Source of the DNA: Albugo candida
Taxonomy: Eukaryota
DNA length: 40,937 bases
Reading direction: 5' to 3'
Assembly (NCBI GenBank): GCA_040437565.1
Contig: JBDOQK010000039.1
Location: 310,001-350,937 of the forward strand
The notes beneath the pieces are model-generated. The model had not been told where the DNA came from. It did not search any database and saw nothing but the letters and a program-made list of their open reading frames with translations. Of the stretch, positions 25,749-38,610 are shown piece by piece. Numbering within the stretch: position 1 is the first letter of the stretch; the number at the start of each line of letters is the position of its first letter. Both the position numbers and the translations under genes were made by a program.

Positions 25749-25750
25749 CC

Positions 25751-27297
25751 ATGCAGCGCTTCTTCTTTTGCGTTTTATTTCATCTATTCGCATCTATCAG
25801 CGCTGATAATGACACAACATCGTTCCAGTTTCATGTGTCGATGGCTTCTGTCAAAGAAGGGAACGTCTATCTGATTGACTGGGTCTACCCCGCGCCCGTA
25901 ATCACCAAAGGAGTGCTACCAGCACAAGAAGAATCAATCATTGCATTTGGTACCGCACTAAATTCACTTAATGTATACGTAAAGGGACGATTCAATGGTT
26001 TTGTTAGTCAAAATGACGAAAATTCTGAATTTGTGGCTTGCTATTCGTCAATTATTCCATTGAGCCAGTTGGAAGGTGCTTCAAGTGTGTATTACGCTTT
26101 GGTCCAATTCGATGCTGGAAAGGAAGCTACAAAGATTTCTGCAACGATTCAGTTTGAGGTTCCAAAACCCGCGGGTATGCGTTGGGCAGTGTTTGGCGAC
26201 ATGGGAAGTACTACACAGAAAAAAGCGTCTGGAATATCGCTTCCTGCCCTTCTTAACGATTTCAAGAAAGGATTGTTCCAAGGAATACTGAATGTTGGAG
26301 ACTTGGGATACGAACTAGTTGGAGCCAATGGGAAGAATTATATCGAGTCATTTGCAACAATGACACAGCATATTCCGATGCAAATTACAGCTGGAAACGT
26401 AAGTGCTTATTTCATAGAATCGGAACAGTCACTGAGTTCATGTTGTATTTGTAGCATGAATTTATGTACGCAATGAGTCCACTTTTCTCACTGCACAACT
26501 ACCGTACCCGTTTTGCGGGTATGGGTAACGGACCTGGAACTACGAGCGGGTCCAACAGCAGCCACTACTATTCGTTCGATTCGAATACAATTCATTTCAT
26601 ATTTCTCAATTCAGAAATATACGGAGATGAACCTTACGGCAACTATGCATTCGGTCAACCGGGTCAAATGCCTACCTGGGTTCTTAGTGAAGATACCCGG
26701 AACGCTGATGCTATCCTGCAACGCAACTGGCTCGCAAACGATTTGGCTTCTGTCGATCGGTCCAGAACCCCGTTCATCATCGTGTGTATGCATCGACCTC
26801 CATTCAATTGTCCTTGGCATGTGGAAGCCGAAGGTAATGTGTTTTCTCGAGACATCGTTCCGTTATTGGACCAGTACAAGGTCAACTTGATGATTACGGG
26901 TCACGAGCACACGTCCATGATTTTTGATGAAACAATGGTATTGAATGGAAGGTATCACTTTCCCAAGCTTATTATTGTGGGTGCGGCAGGCAACAATGAG
27001 TTTCTAAGAAGTCGGGCTACAATCAACACTGCTTCGTGGAATGAGACAGTTTTGATTGAAAAATATGGGTATGGATATTTGGAGGAAACTGAAAGTGGGT
27101 TGCAATTTTGTATTGGGTCAACAGCCTCAGGCGAGACAAAGAATCCGGTGTCTACCGATTGGACGCTCCAGTCTTGCACTACAATCCAAGTCACAAGCTC
27201 TCTGACCGGATCCGCCACGAACCCACCCGCAAACAAAGCTGTTGTAACGATGCAGCAAATGGAGAGTATGTGGACCACGTGGACCGGAAGTAAATGA
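25751..27297 (+). CDS. Secreted purple acid phosphatase (metallophosphoesterase); exons 25751-26398 and 26455-27297, ~496 aa
   Basis: Signal peptide MQRFFFCVLFHLFASISA. All five PAP motifs are present: GDMG, GDLGY, GN|HE (restored by splicing the 56-nt GTAAGT...TAG intron 26399-26454), VCMH and GHEH. Confidence 0.92.
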
Positions 27298-30200
27298 TTC
27301 TTTCTCTCAGCTTGCATTTATAACAGTTTTATAGAACATATCTCTAATGGTATCTTAGTTCGTTGGTTAGTCGATTTTATCAACTAAATTTCTTTTCTTA
27401 CCTTCTCGTTGCAGGAACTTGAAACTTCTAGCTCCAACTTCTATTTTTACTCTATGATACGCGTAGAAGCAATGGAGTGATGTCACTAAGTATAGGATTC
27501 GTAGTGTCCTCATTGATACGTTAAGGGCTAAAGCGTCGTAAAAAATCGTTCTCATGTTAAAGTGGCCTTGTGGTTTCGTGGTTCCCAAGCCATGGTACCA
27601 GAAGAATCTCTGTAAACAAGGATTCTATATATGCTACAAGTGTACTAAGCTAAGGTTGGGTTTACCTGTAATAGAACAGTCAAACCATCGTTTTTCGTCT
27701 TCTAAGTCGATGTTACTTGCGGATTGCAAGGGGTAAAGATTATACAAGGTAGTCGACTTGTTGAGTCTAGTTAACATGGTTCTAAACAGCTTATCAACTA
27801 ATGCGCAGTCACCCAAACGTAAGACGTATGCAAAAAATTTGGATTGCTTCGAATTGGTATTGATACCCTTAACATTACAACTAGTTCCAGTATGAACGTT
27901 CAGGTCAAATTTCTAAAAGACGAAGAAATTGGAAACCGAACGCATTTGGAAGCGCTTATCTCTTATTCAAATTATATCAACTGCATTCTCACTTATGTGT
28001 TTTATTCTTTTTACATCAGGAAACTTGATATCTACTATCAACTATAACAAAGAATGACAGTGGTCACGAGTACTGGCTTGTAACGAAATAACTTTTTTGA
28101 GGACTGCTTTCTGACCCGAAGGCTTGTCGAATCACGTCAAATCACTTAATAGGTTACCTAATTCTAGGGATGTGATGATGATCCTTTTGGAAGGGTGTCC
28201 AGAAGAATTCAAGGTTCGGGCAGCAAACTAGAAAAATTATATAGACTTCAACATGAAGGTACAACAGACCTAACGCCGTAAAACTCGCTAAGAGGAAGAA
28301 GTGCTGTATCTTCTTGAACGAAGATTGAACATAATTCAACTCGAGTAGACTCCAAGCGCGTAAGAACGAATAAGAAGTACGGATCAAGCAATCTCCCACC
28401 CTTCTTGCTTCGCACTTATTGCCCCCACAATCGGAAGCAGTTCGGAAACAACATCCCCACTACTTATCGAAAAGGGGTAGAACTCCTTGGTGTCAAATCA
28501 ACCTAAGTAAAATTTGTAGCCCACTCTTCTCATCATATGTCATTTACAAAACTGTGGCTAGATTAAAATGTTCTTGACGGCTCTATCATCACCTAGAGGA
28601 TAAAATCCCTTCTCACACCCTGATTAGTTCGCCTACTTTCCATTTATTGGAGAAGTTTCGAAGTCACAGACGCCTATCATTGCTCCTTTATATGACTGAC
28701 ATCGGTGGAAATAGCTAGAGGCATTCTATCGGCTGACAGTATTTCCATAGCGTTCGGATATCGTACAAAAAGCACGGACCTACGCAGCAAAGCGATACCG
28801 ACGTGGTAGAGCCAACATTGCATATTGCAATAAAGTGTTCTTTAACATGAAATCGATTCGAAAGCGGACGTACTAAATTGCTTAATCCACCTCACGTCAA
28901 ATTGTAGTTCAGAACACAATAATGCGGTTTTATCCAACACTTGAATCGCTTCACTGATTCAATGTTGGGCCAAAGCAGTTGCTCCCTAAAATCAAGTACT
29001 GAAATAAGCTGAGAAGCTACAAGCTTCAAATATTAAGGGCCAATTACATCTACAGCTCGTGATACTATTGCATTTATTGTCGATATACTCATCTTCGCGT
29101 TACTACGTATAACGTCTTTTATTCTCGCAATGCCGACAGATCAATGGTGCATCATGTATAGTGAAAATGAAACTTTTGTGGTAACAATCTGATCAATCGA
29201 ACGCTTTACTTTTAATCCAAATCGCAAAACAGTCGAAACAGAAATCAGAAAAGGCAAAAAATGATATTTTAAATTCCTTACCGTCACCAGTTTCAAATAG
29301 AGTGTCTTCCGGCACCTTTCTCCAGACGCAGACACGAAATCTGCAAGCTCCCCAACGTTATCTGATCCGCAAAATTTGTCGAGTGTCCACGTACCAAGCG
29401 CTTATTACATCTTCTCATTTGTAATTAGTCCCTTCAAAGCTGCCCAAGCCACATTTATGCGTAAACTTTCGACGCTCACGTCGACTGTGCATCTTGTTAA
29501 TTCATCTTGTTAAGATGACGCTTTTTACCAATGTAAACTAATGTGCGCAGATTGCTATGCTATCACTCTTAATGCGCTGGCAACATCAATTCACCAATCT
29601 ATCGTTTCGGTCAACAATGTACTCTTCATCTCGCCACAAGTGAGCAGAAATAATGAGCCAACGCTTAGAATAGAAAGACCACCTTCAGCATTCGTCTGCC
29701 AAACAGACTTTCTCCATACGATCCAGGAAATGAAGTCTGTGTATTAGCATGCACCTTTGTAGCATGATCGACTTTGTTCGCAGTCATAATGGAAAGCTTC
29801 AAAATTACATTACGTTCAAGTCAAGTATGGATTATCCTTTACCGGTGAACGCACGATCTCTGTGGAATCTATTGGAAATGTCCGTGGTGCTGAAGAGCGA
29901 TAAGTTTCCATATTTCATTTTGGACCGCTGCAACACTTTATGGCGCTTTATGGTATTCTTTCACCGTACTGTTTACCCATGGGAATTCTTTATTATGATG
30001 AGTGATTCATCAACTTTTCAGCATTTCATCTGGATCTTTTTGTATCATGTTGGGTTCCTGTCTCTGGACCCAACACGACACACAGTAACGTTGTCGGCAA
30101 ATTACACGCCAATCTTGCAGTTCCATCAAGCTTAGCACAAATCCATCTGGTGCTTGGAGGAAGTGTACAGAGATGGGTGAGTAACAATTTAGTACAATCA

Positions 30201-30647
30201 CTGTTCGCCTTCAGGCTCCTTTGCGGGCTTTCACAGTACTCCCATCCATCGATTCGCGCGCTCATCCTCACGCTTCAGCCGTGTTTCTAGATTCTCCAGG
30301 AATGTGATCGAGGCTGAATTGTATGCAAGCAGCATCGACTTTCATCGATTGTTAATGTTAAATGCTATAGGAAAAGCAAATCGTCAGGGAGGGTATCACT
30401 GGTTCCAGCATAAAAAAGGCTTCAAAATATTGTATTACATAATGGAGATCCTCAAATGTGAAATTTGACAAAAGTTGAACCTTCCTCTTTTCCCGGCGGA
30501 AAGTCGACCTTCGAAATATGGAAACGATGAATCGAGGATGAGAAAGGCGGCAAAGACGCAAGAGAAGCGTCAGTAGTAGAAGCAAGAGGCTCCGACGACT
30601 TTATAAATTTCCATCAGCATTCAATAATCTTCCCCTCACTGTTCAGA

Positions 30648-31280
30648 ATGCCTTCTTGGAATTTATGGAGCATGAAAGTAAGCTTGATCTTGAGTCTGAA
30701 TTACGCGAAGTCTGAGCCTGCGAGTGGAAACTTTATTTTCACAGAATCGTTCCCATTGCTCAATCCACATAAAGAGCACGTGAGACATGACATTGCTGAT
30801 CTCAAAGTGGGTGAATTGCCGACGACACTGAATGAAGGAGATCTCTGTCTAGTTCTAACCAATCCGTCAGAAAATGTCGTACGTCATCTCAGAGTCGTGG
30901 TGGAATCGATTCAAGATCAAGTTAAAAATGTCTCGGTGTCGGATGCGTTTCTTGACCGCATTTCGCTTGTGCAACCCATTGCTGAAATTATAGAAACAAA
31001 ACGTTTGATTTCATATTCAGCGACCTTTCTCACCATACTTCTCAATATTGGAAAAATATACAGCAAGTACGCCCCATACGAAACCTTTGCGAAGGCGGTC
31101 GAGCAACAAAATCGAGTCTATTTGACCGAGAGTCCAGCGTCCATGGATAAAGTAAAGCTGTTCGGAAAATTTCGGCTGCACGAGAAAAGCACTTATTCGT
31201 TTCGCGACTATGAAATATATGTCGAGAAATGGACACCCCCTCGTTCTGATCGTCTACATGTCTTTAACCAGGAGAAGTAA
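30648..31280 (+). CDS. Hypothetical 210-aa protein, possibly secreted
   Basis: ATG-initiated uninterrupted ORF, much longer than background ORFs, with a short hydrophobic N-terminus (MKVSLILSLNYAKS). No recognised domain. Confidence 0.5.
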   Translation: MPSWNLWSMKVSLILSLNYAKSEPASGNFIFTESFPLLNPHKEHVRHDIADLKVGELPTTLNEGDLCLVLTNPSENVVRHLRVVVESIQDQVKNVSVSDAFLDRISLVQPIAEIIETKRLISYSATFLTILLNIGKIYSKYAPYETFAKAVEQQNRVYLTESPASMDKVKLFGKFRLHEKSTYSFRDYEIYVEKWTPPRSDRLHVFNQEK

Positions 31281-32362
31281 ATAAACATCACCGATGTGAG
31301 GTCGTTCGAGCACCAAAAACGATCAAGTGGTAAAATGAATTACCTTCTTAGAAACCGTCATGGTGTGATCCTTTTGATACGTGTGTAGTGTACGATCCAC
31401 CGAGTATTATAACATGAATACCATGCAACACACTTTGGAAAGATTGGCTCTGTCTGGAGCTTCCCCCACGTTACAGGAATCGATCGACGTATTTTTGGGC
31501 CAGGGACCCAAACACTCTTTTGCATTGCTCGACTGATCTTCAAGTGAGAAACTTTCCGTCGTCGTAGGTGCTATTCCTAGCTGCAAATGTGTCCGGATCT
31601 GTCATCCGTGTGGTCTTGATAGCGGCGGAAGAGTCATAACGCCGTGTGCTGGGATAGGAGCACTTCTGTTAGAAAATGAGACTCCCAACTTGGGCATAGT
31701 CTGAGTCTGATTCTGGGCGATTTTAGCCTGAGAGATCGTCTGAAGCTTGCATGACCGCCTAAAAGGTTGCTTGTGTGGTGGGGAAGTGATGGATTCTCCG
31801 GCATGAGTAAGACGATTTGATATGGCGGATACTAAGAGAAAACAAATCACGGCTACTTGAGTTAACAAATGCAAAACGTTGTTTCCCAGCACTTTGGCAT
31901 ATCAACTGATAGAGCTGTGATGGGCGATGTATGCGAATACGACTGTGATGGAATAGAGCTATACGTCTTGGAGTGGTTGTTTGTTTTAAGATTTGGCAAA
32001 GTACGTGTAGGAGCTGATTTAGGAGATTGTCGGTGGTAAGCTTGTGGGAAAGCTTACGTTAAAATGAATTAGCTAGAAAGGATTTTGTGTTTATATAAAG
32101 ACAAAGATTATACCGGATAAGATCCTGCAGAATTGGATGTTGTATCACGGTTTCCTTGTTGATACAGTTCAGAGTATCTTGAAAATCATGGAGCTCTTGT
32201 GGTGGTGTCCTAAAAATTTGCGGAAGCTATACGAACCGCCACATGTTTGTTTTGTACNNNNNNNNNNNNNNNNNNNNNNNNNNNNNNNNNNNNNNNNNNN
32301 NNNNNNNNNNNNNNNNNNNNNNNNNNNNNNNNNNNNNNNNNNNNNNNNNNNNNNNNNCACAC

Positions 32363-34157
32363 TACGGCTGCAAATGTATCTAGACCCACTGGATCAGGAT
32401 CTTTTTTTTCAGATCCAGATCCACCAAGACCTCATAAAAATACATTCAATTGAAATATGAGTCTATGATATTGTCAAGTAGTTCTCCCTTAGTTGGAAAA
32501 GTATTTTTTTTATTACCAGTCTCTGAGCTTGATCTACTTAAATGGTAACTAGGACTAGTTTTTTTGGACATGAGCCAATTTTTTGTGCAGATCAAAGCTT
32601 CTACTGTGGAGGGGGGGGGCTAAGCGAAGATCTAAAATCACTCAGGATTCGTCCTCCAGAGCTGAAAGCTTGCTCAGAGGCAACTGATGTTGCAGGAATT
32701 GCCATGACGTCAACAGCAATTCGAGACAATAGAAGAAACTTTTCGTGGTTTGATTTCCACCACTCTAGTATAGAAAGATCATCTTGAAAAGGGTAAGTAG
32801 GCTCTTCCTGGTATATCTCGAATTCCGACTTTGTTTGCTTCTGGCTGGTATTTTGAGAGACTTTCAGAAAGTTTGCAAATCCTGCTTGCTCACTGAAGGT
32901 AGCCTCAATAATATTTGCAACAGATGAAGAAGATTTGAGTTGCGAGATAGAGTTACTTGGTCTGAATTCACCAGGTTTGTATTGTCGAGGAATGCTAGAA
33001 AAGTAAAAGTGGTGTAATTAGCCTTTGTTTTGAGCAGGTAAAAAGTATATCCAAAAGTTACCTTGATTCCATGCCTGTCATCTATCCAATGCAGACACTG
33101 CATCAACTTGTTCAAAAACATATGAAAGTATCTCATCTTGTAACGAGGATCAAGGATAGTGGCAAAAGCAAAGATTTCCATCTGAGGGCTGACTTCTTCC
33201 ATGCTCCAAAATTTTTTCAATTTTGTCTCCATAGATTGGCTTATACTCCTGATGAAATCCCACTTTATGTTAGACCGAAACTGAAAAGCAATTGTGAAAT
33301 ACAAATAAAGAATACCCCTATGATTGACTGTTTACCGTCTCAAAGATTCCTTCGGAAGCATTCATCCCGTCATGGACTATCAAAATCAAGATGTGTGCAA
33401 TGCACTTTCCATGAAAGTATTTGGGTTCTTGGATTTTTACGTCTGGATGTTTAATAATACGGCCAACCGCCACCTCGTTTGATGAAGCATTATCAAAGGT
33501 GAGGGTCATCATCTTGGAGTTGCTGCCAAATTCATCCACCACTCCCAGGAAATCTATAGATATATCTTTGCCAGTGTGTCCTTCAAATTACGAAAGCTAA
33601 TTATCTGTTTGCAGAACTTGTATCCTGTAGTGATCCATTGTGCAGTCACTGCCATGTAGTTAATGTTTTGATTAGAAGTCCAAATATCTGAGGTAAATGA
33701 TATCCTAGAATTGGAGGCCACAATGTCAGCCATAATTTCCGCTTTCATCTTTTGGAGTTGAGTCAAAATCTTGGATTTGACAGTTATTCTGATGATAGCT
33801 TTGAAGTTTGGCTGAACAGTTTCCATCAAGATGCGGAATCCAGGAAGTTCCGCATAAGATAACGTCAACTCATGAAGAATATCATTTCGATTAGCTTCTC
33901 GTAGGCAACGTTCTGATCATATTTCCAAATTGCCTGGGAAGGTTTTGCGAGACTTAAATCTGTTCGGGTTTTCCCTTTGGTGTCCGCCTTATGCTTTTTG
34001 TAGTGCTTTATGATAGTAGATGTTCCCGTTTTGAAGCTCAGGACAGCAGAGAATTTGTTGCACTTGGCTTTCAGATCCCCCTCGGGAGATTTATACTCCT
34101 CGAAATCTTCCCAGACAGCCGAGAAGTGGCCCCGCTTTAGCATTTCCTGGTTGGCAG
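32363..34157 (-). mobile_element. Decayed, 5'-truncated hAT (Ac/Tam3-like) DNA transposon
   Basis: BED-finger remnant SAVWEDF...KAKC...TSTIIKH, catalytic SFTSDIWTS and TFDNASSN, CIAH, ATILDPRYK, and dimerisation domain ILEWWKSN...AIPATSVASEQAFSSGGRIL (~32630-32780). Candidate TIR TACGGCTGCAAA at 32363 with GATC-rich subterminal motifs. Multiple frameshifts. Confidence 0.9.
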
Positions 34158-34341
34158 TTTTGACCACTAGATAAAACTTATAAAGTAAGGTATATTAAAT
34201 GTAGGGGTTCCTTGGTTCAATTCACTAGCTAGTCTAAGCCTTCTCGTACTAGACGTCCACAGCCACTAATTTATTGTCCAATAGCTGAAAGTTGATTAGC
34301 CTGATGTGTTCCACAGTGGTTCAGGGACATCAGCTTCAATA
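34158..34341 (-). repeat. Copia 3' LTR (184 bp)
   Basis: Aligns to 38425-38610 with ~23 substitutions and one 2-nt indel by manual count (~87% identity); adjacent to the PPT. Confidence 0.9.
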
Positions 34342-37300
34342 CTCCCCCTGGGGACGATACATTCTTGATGTTGGACTTAATCAGAAGTTGCTCAAATTTC
34401 GTGGTCAGAAAATCAGCTAGCTGAAACTTGGTGTCAATCTTATGAAGCTTGATCTTTTTGGCTTTTTTTTATTTGCTCACGGATAAAATGGTACCATATG
34501 TCGATATTCTTCGCTCGACTCTGGTATCCATGGTTCTTGGCAATTGCAATTGCACTTTGGTTGTCTTCATGAATAAACACTGAATCATTGATCCTCACTT
34601 TTAACTCTGATAATAGACTTTTGACCCACATGACTCCATGACTTCCTGTATGCATAACGAGATAGCAAAGTACTCAGCTTCGGCTGTGCTGAGAGCCACA
34701 CTCTGCTGTGGTTTTGATTTGAATATCACTGGAGAGTTTTTTTTCATCACCATTATACCGGAGGTTGATATACTTGTCTCCTTGTCGCTTGCCCAATCCA
34801 CATCACTGTAAGCACTGACTTCGATATTTCCTGGCTTAATCCCATAACATATGCCTTTCATTGCGGTTGATTTTAAGTAACGAAAAACGCGGATTGCTGC
34901 ATTCCAGTGTTGTTCACGTGGTTGCTCCAGGTATCGACTGAGCTGACAAAACGTAAAAGAAATATCTGGTCTTGTGCCGGTTTCGCTGTACAGAAGATAG
35001 CCGACAAGTGAGCGATATGCTCGGTTTTCCATTCTCAAATCTTTAAATTTCCGATTTAGACCCGGAACATTTGGATTATACACTGGTCTCGAGTTTACTT
35101 GGTTGAACTTCTCGACCATACTCCGTATGCAAGCTCCTTGACTGATCTTCATTTGTCGCAACTCTTGTTTGTATTTCACTTTAAAAACCAAGGATAAATC
35201 GCACCTTTCCCACAACCTTTAGACACAAGTGACTCAAAAGTTCGTTGCAACTTTCTTTATCGAGTCGATGGTTTCGGCTCCTATCAGCATGTCATCGACA
35301 TATAATGTGACTTGGAATCTTTGCGCAAAAACATACATGAGTCTGATAGACACTTTGTAAACCCCATCTGAGCAAATACAGTTGATATTGACTTGAACAA
35401 AGTCACAGCTGCTTGTTTAAGTCCATATAGACTTTGATTAAGCTTGAAAATTTGGTTTGATTGCTTTCAACACCTTGAGGTGGATAGATGAACACATCTT
35501 CTTCCAGATAACCGTTAAGAAAGGCCGTATCAGCATCATACTGATGAATAGTAGGCCCTTGATGGCAGCAAGCTGCCAGGAAAATACGAATTGAGTTTAA
35601 ATTCGCGACTGAGGAGTACGTCTCTGTGTAATCAACACCATAAGTTTGTCGATATACGAGTGCCACCAATCTTGCCTTAAACCGCTAAACTTCACCATAT
35701 TAATTTCGTTTAATTGTGAAGACCCATTTGGTTCCAATCGCCTTTTTGTCAGGCTTCTTTGTTACGACCGTTCAAGTTTGCTTTTCTTTCAGTGATAGAA
35801 GATCGTCCTGGATTGCAGTATACCATGATTTCGATTGAGGTGACTCCAGGCCTCTTGATAGGATAATGGAGCTGCTATTGCCGCATTCCCTTGTTCGTAT
35901 TCGATAGGATAACTTTTGGGTGGACGGTTCATGGTATCAAAATTTGTTACTGGAACGATTTGAAGTAGACGCTTCCACTGTTACTGATACTTGAAACAAT
36001 TGATTTTGTGAAAATGCCAGAGGGAGATCGTGCCCAATTTGAGGGTTTCCAGAAACCGGGAACTTTCGAAATTATCCAGTCTCCCTTTGGGCACAATGGT
36101 GTGAATAGTGCTAAAATCGTCTTCCGCTGAATCCATATCGACGTTGGGAGATGTCTGGTAAGCATCAAAGAGCGCTGCTCTGAGTCGAATACCTCGTCAA
36201 ATCTTCGTGTGCATTTGTTGAATCTTCAGTCGGATCTACATCCATGCTCTCGACAAGCAAATTTCTCCTGATCGTTATTTGTTCGCTTACTTCGTCACAT
36301 TGACAATCACTTCGATTTTGCCCGGATGATTTATCTCCAATAATAACCTGAACATATTTTGTCTCGGCTAATTCTTGAAATTGCGCTGAACGAGTAATCT
36401 CAATTTTCAGCGACTCAAAATTTCATGCGCGGAATCCTTTCATATTGTCCGAACATGCGAGGAACATACATTTGACCGCCTTCTTATCCAACTTCATCCG
36501 TCTTGATTTCTCAATATGAGCAAAACCTCGTCACCAAATACGCGTAAATAAGTAAGACTTTCCTTGCTCCCAAAACACATCTTGTATGGTGTCTTGTCTG
36601 GGTAGGCGGCACATGGAACTCGATTTGTGATGTAAACTGTGGTTTACATGGCTTCAGCCACCACTTCTTCTCTATCTGCATGTGATTCATGATGGATCTC
36701 GCACGTTTCGTAATGGTACGATTTATTCGTTCAGCCAGTCCATTTTGCTGTGGTGAATACGGAACTGTTGTTTTGTGTATAATACTGGCACTTTTACAAA
36801 TATTCGCAAATCAATTGTTGATAAATTCGCCACCATTGGCGGTTCAAATACACTTAATTTCGAATTCGGTTGGTTTCCCATCATTGCTTTGAAATCGAGG
36901 AACCGATTGATCACTTCAGATTTGTGTTGAATGAAAGATGACACTACATACCTAGAGTAATCATCAATGAAAGTTACCATAAATCTTGCTCCACCTTGAT
37001 TTCGTTTCCATTGGTCCCATTACGTCACTATGTATAAGTTGAAGAACGGACTTGCTTTTTACTTGACCATAGCGTGACTTTGGGAACGGGTGAACAAAAG
37101 ATCTCCCATTGATACATCCTTCACAAATGAATTCTTCGTCTCTTTCTCGTTTTGACATCGACTTCATCTTGAAATCATCAACGCAGTGCTGCAAAGCTTC
37201 AATTTTCTTGGTAAGTAAATGTTCCAATCGGGCATGCCATACACTGGAACTTGATAATTGTTGATCATATTCCTCGTACCGGAAGTTCCAGCAAGTGCTA

Positions 37301-38409
37301 ATTCATTTACAGCAAACTCTATCACATAAACCTTCCCCTTTTTTGTCACCTGAGTTACAACTCATTCATTGTCTCTGATTTGACATCTTCCTCTTCCAAA
37401 AGAAAATCAAATCCTTTTTCTGCTAATGCTGGGATAAATAGCAATCGGCGATCCAAATCTGGTACAAATAGTACATATTCAATCCGAATTGGAGTTTTGT
37501 TCTTCAGAATAACTGGAGCTGTACCAATGCCTTCTGCCGAAACGTTGCTTCCATTGTCAATAAAGACATACGTGTTGTTCTTGAGTGGTCGGATTTCATT
37601 GAACTCCTCTTCAAATGGGCACATATGGCTGCTTGCTCCACTATCGCTAACCTTCAGCGATGTCTTCACAAACTATAAATGCTTGTTCATTGTACTGTTT
37701 GTTGTGTTTAACCTTCTTCCAACAGTCTGCCTTTTCATGTCCACTTTTGCTACAGTAACATTTTTTTCCGGATTTGTAAGGCTTCTGAAGAAATTTTCTT
37801 TCGTCGAATCTTTCCGACCTCTTCATTGTTTTTAGAGTAAATTCTCCTGTCTTTTTTACCAATAGTGCATACTCTCGATGCAGCATTTCCTTTGCTTGAA
37901 AAAGATCCATCCCTTGTAAATTTTCAATGATTTTGATTATCGGATCGTACTCATTCGAGAGACTACCAAGCAATATTACTAATTGCTCATCCATATTAAT
38001 CACATCCCCACAAGCTTGCATCGAAAGGCATAATTCATCAAATTTCATGAAATGTTCCATAATATTCTGACTCTTTTCCATTCGGAATTCATGAAGTCTT
38101 CGCTGGTTTCGTACTCTGTTGTTTATACTATTTCAAAGGTAAAAATGCTTTAAAATCCCCCATAATTGAGAGGTTGTACAAGCGCCTCTGACCATTGCCT
38201 GGAGACTCGGGCTGATTGACATTGAAATGATTGCGAAGACTTGAAAGTCGTTGACTTTCCAGATTTCCAAAGCTGCAGGATCTTCGCTGAATGATTCCGA
38301 CTTGTCAGTATGATGCAGCAAAGCCTTCTACATCAGCTTCATACGCGCGTTGAACTCCCATCTAAAGTAATTGTCCTCACCGAGGAGTTCGTCGACCGCG
38401 TTCTGAGCA

Positions 38410-38424
38410 CTTGGGCCCATAACC
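38410..38424 (-). other. Primer-binding site complementary to the anticodon region of initiator tRNA-Met
   Basis: Minus strand reads GGTTATGGGCCCAAG directly after the 5' LTR, the Drosophila copia-type half-tRNA PBS. Confidence 0.85.
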
Positions 38425-38610
38425 TTTTGCGCACTTTAGATAAAATTTGGAAAGTAAGATATATTAAATGTAGGAGGTCCTTAGTTCACTTTACTAGATA
38501 GTCTAAGCCTTCTCGTACTAGACGCCTACAGCCACTAATTCATTGTCCGATAGCTAAACGTTGATTATCCTGATGTGTTCCTCACTGGTTCAGGGAAATC
38601 AGCTTCAACA
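38425..38610 (-). repeat. Copia 5' LTR (186 bp), TGTTGAAG...GCGCAAAA
   Basis: Paired with 34158-34341 and abuts the PBS. Confidence 0.9.

Larger units (their letters stand above)
34158..38610 (-). mobile_element. Full-length but decayed Ty1/Copia LTR retrotransposon (gag-PR-IN-RT-RH)
   Basis: gag GEDNYFRWEFN, zinc knuckle CYCSKSGHEKADC, protease DSGASSHM, integrase HSDVMGP/FIDDYSR, RT GVDYTETYS and LYVDDM, RNase H YSDVDWA/STAEAEY/EDNQSAI. PPT AGGGGGAG at 34342-34349. Many stops and frameshifts. Confidence 0.95.

Noticed and set aside
29541-30135. Adjacent 68-aa and 128-aa ORFs as a frameshifted gene
   Set aside because: No recognisable motif or signal peptide; possibly a relic but unsupported.
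37380-37835. 151-aa plus-strand ORF, and other antisense ORFs such as 33071-33454 and 26955-27317
   Set aside because: Shadow frames opposite Copia, hAT or phosphatase coding sequence.
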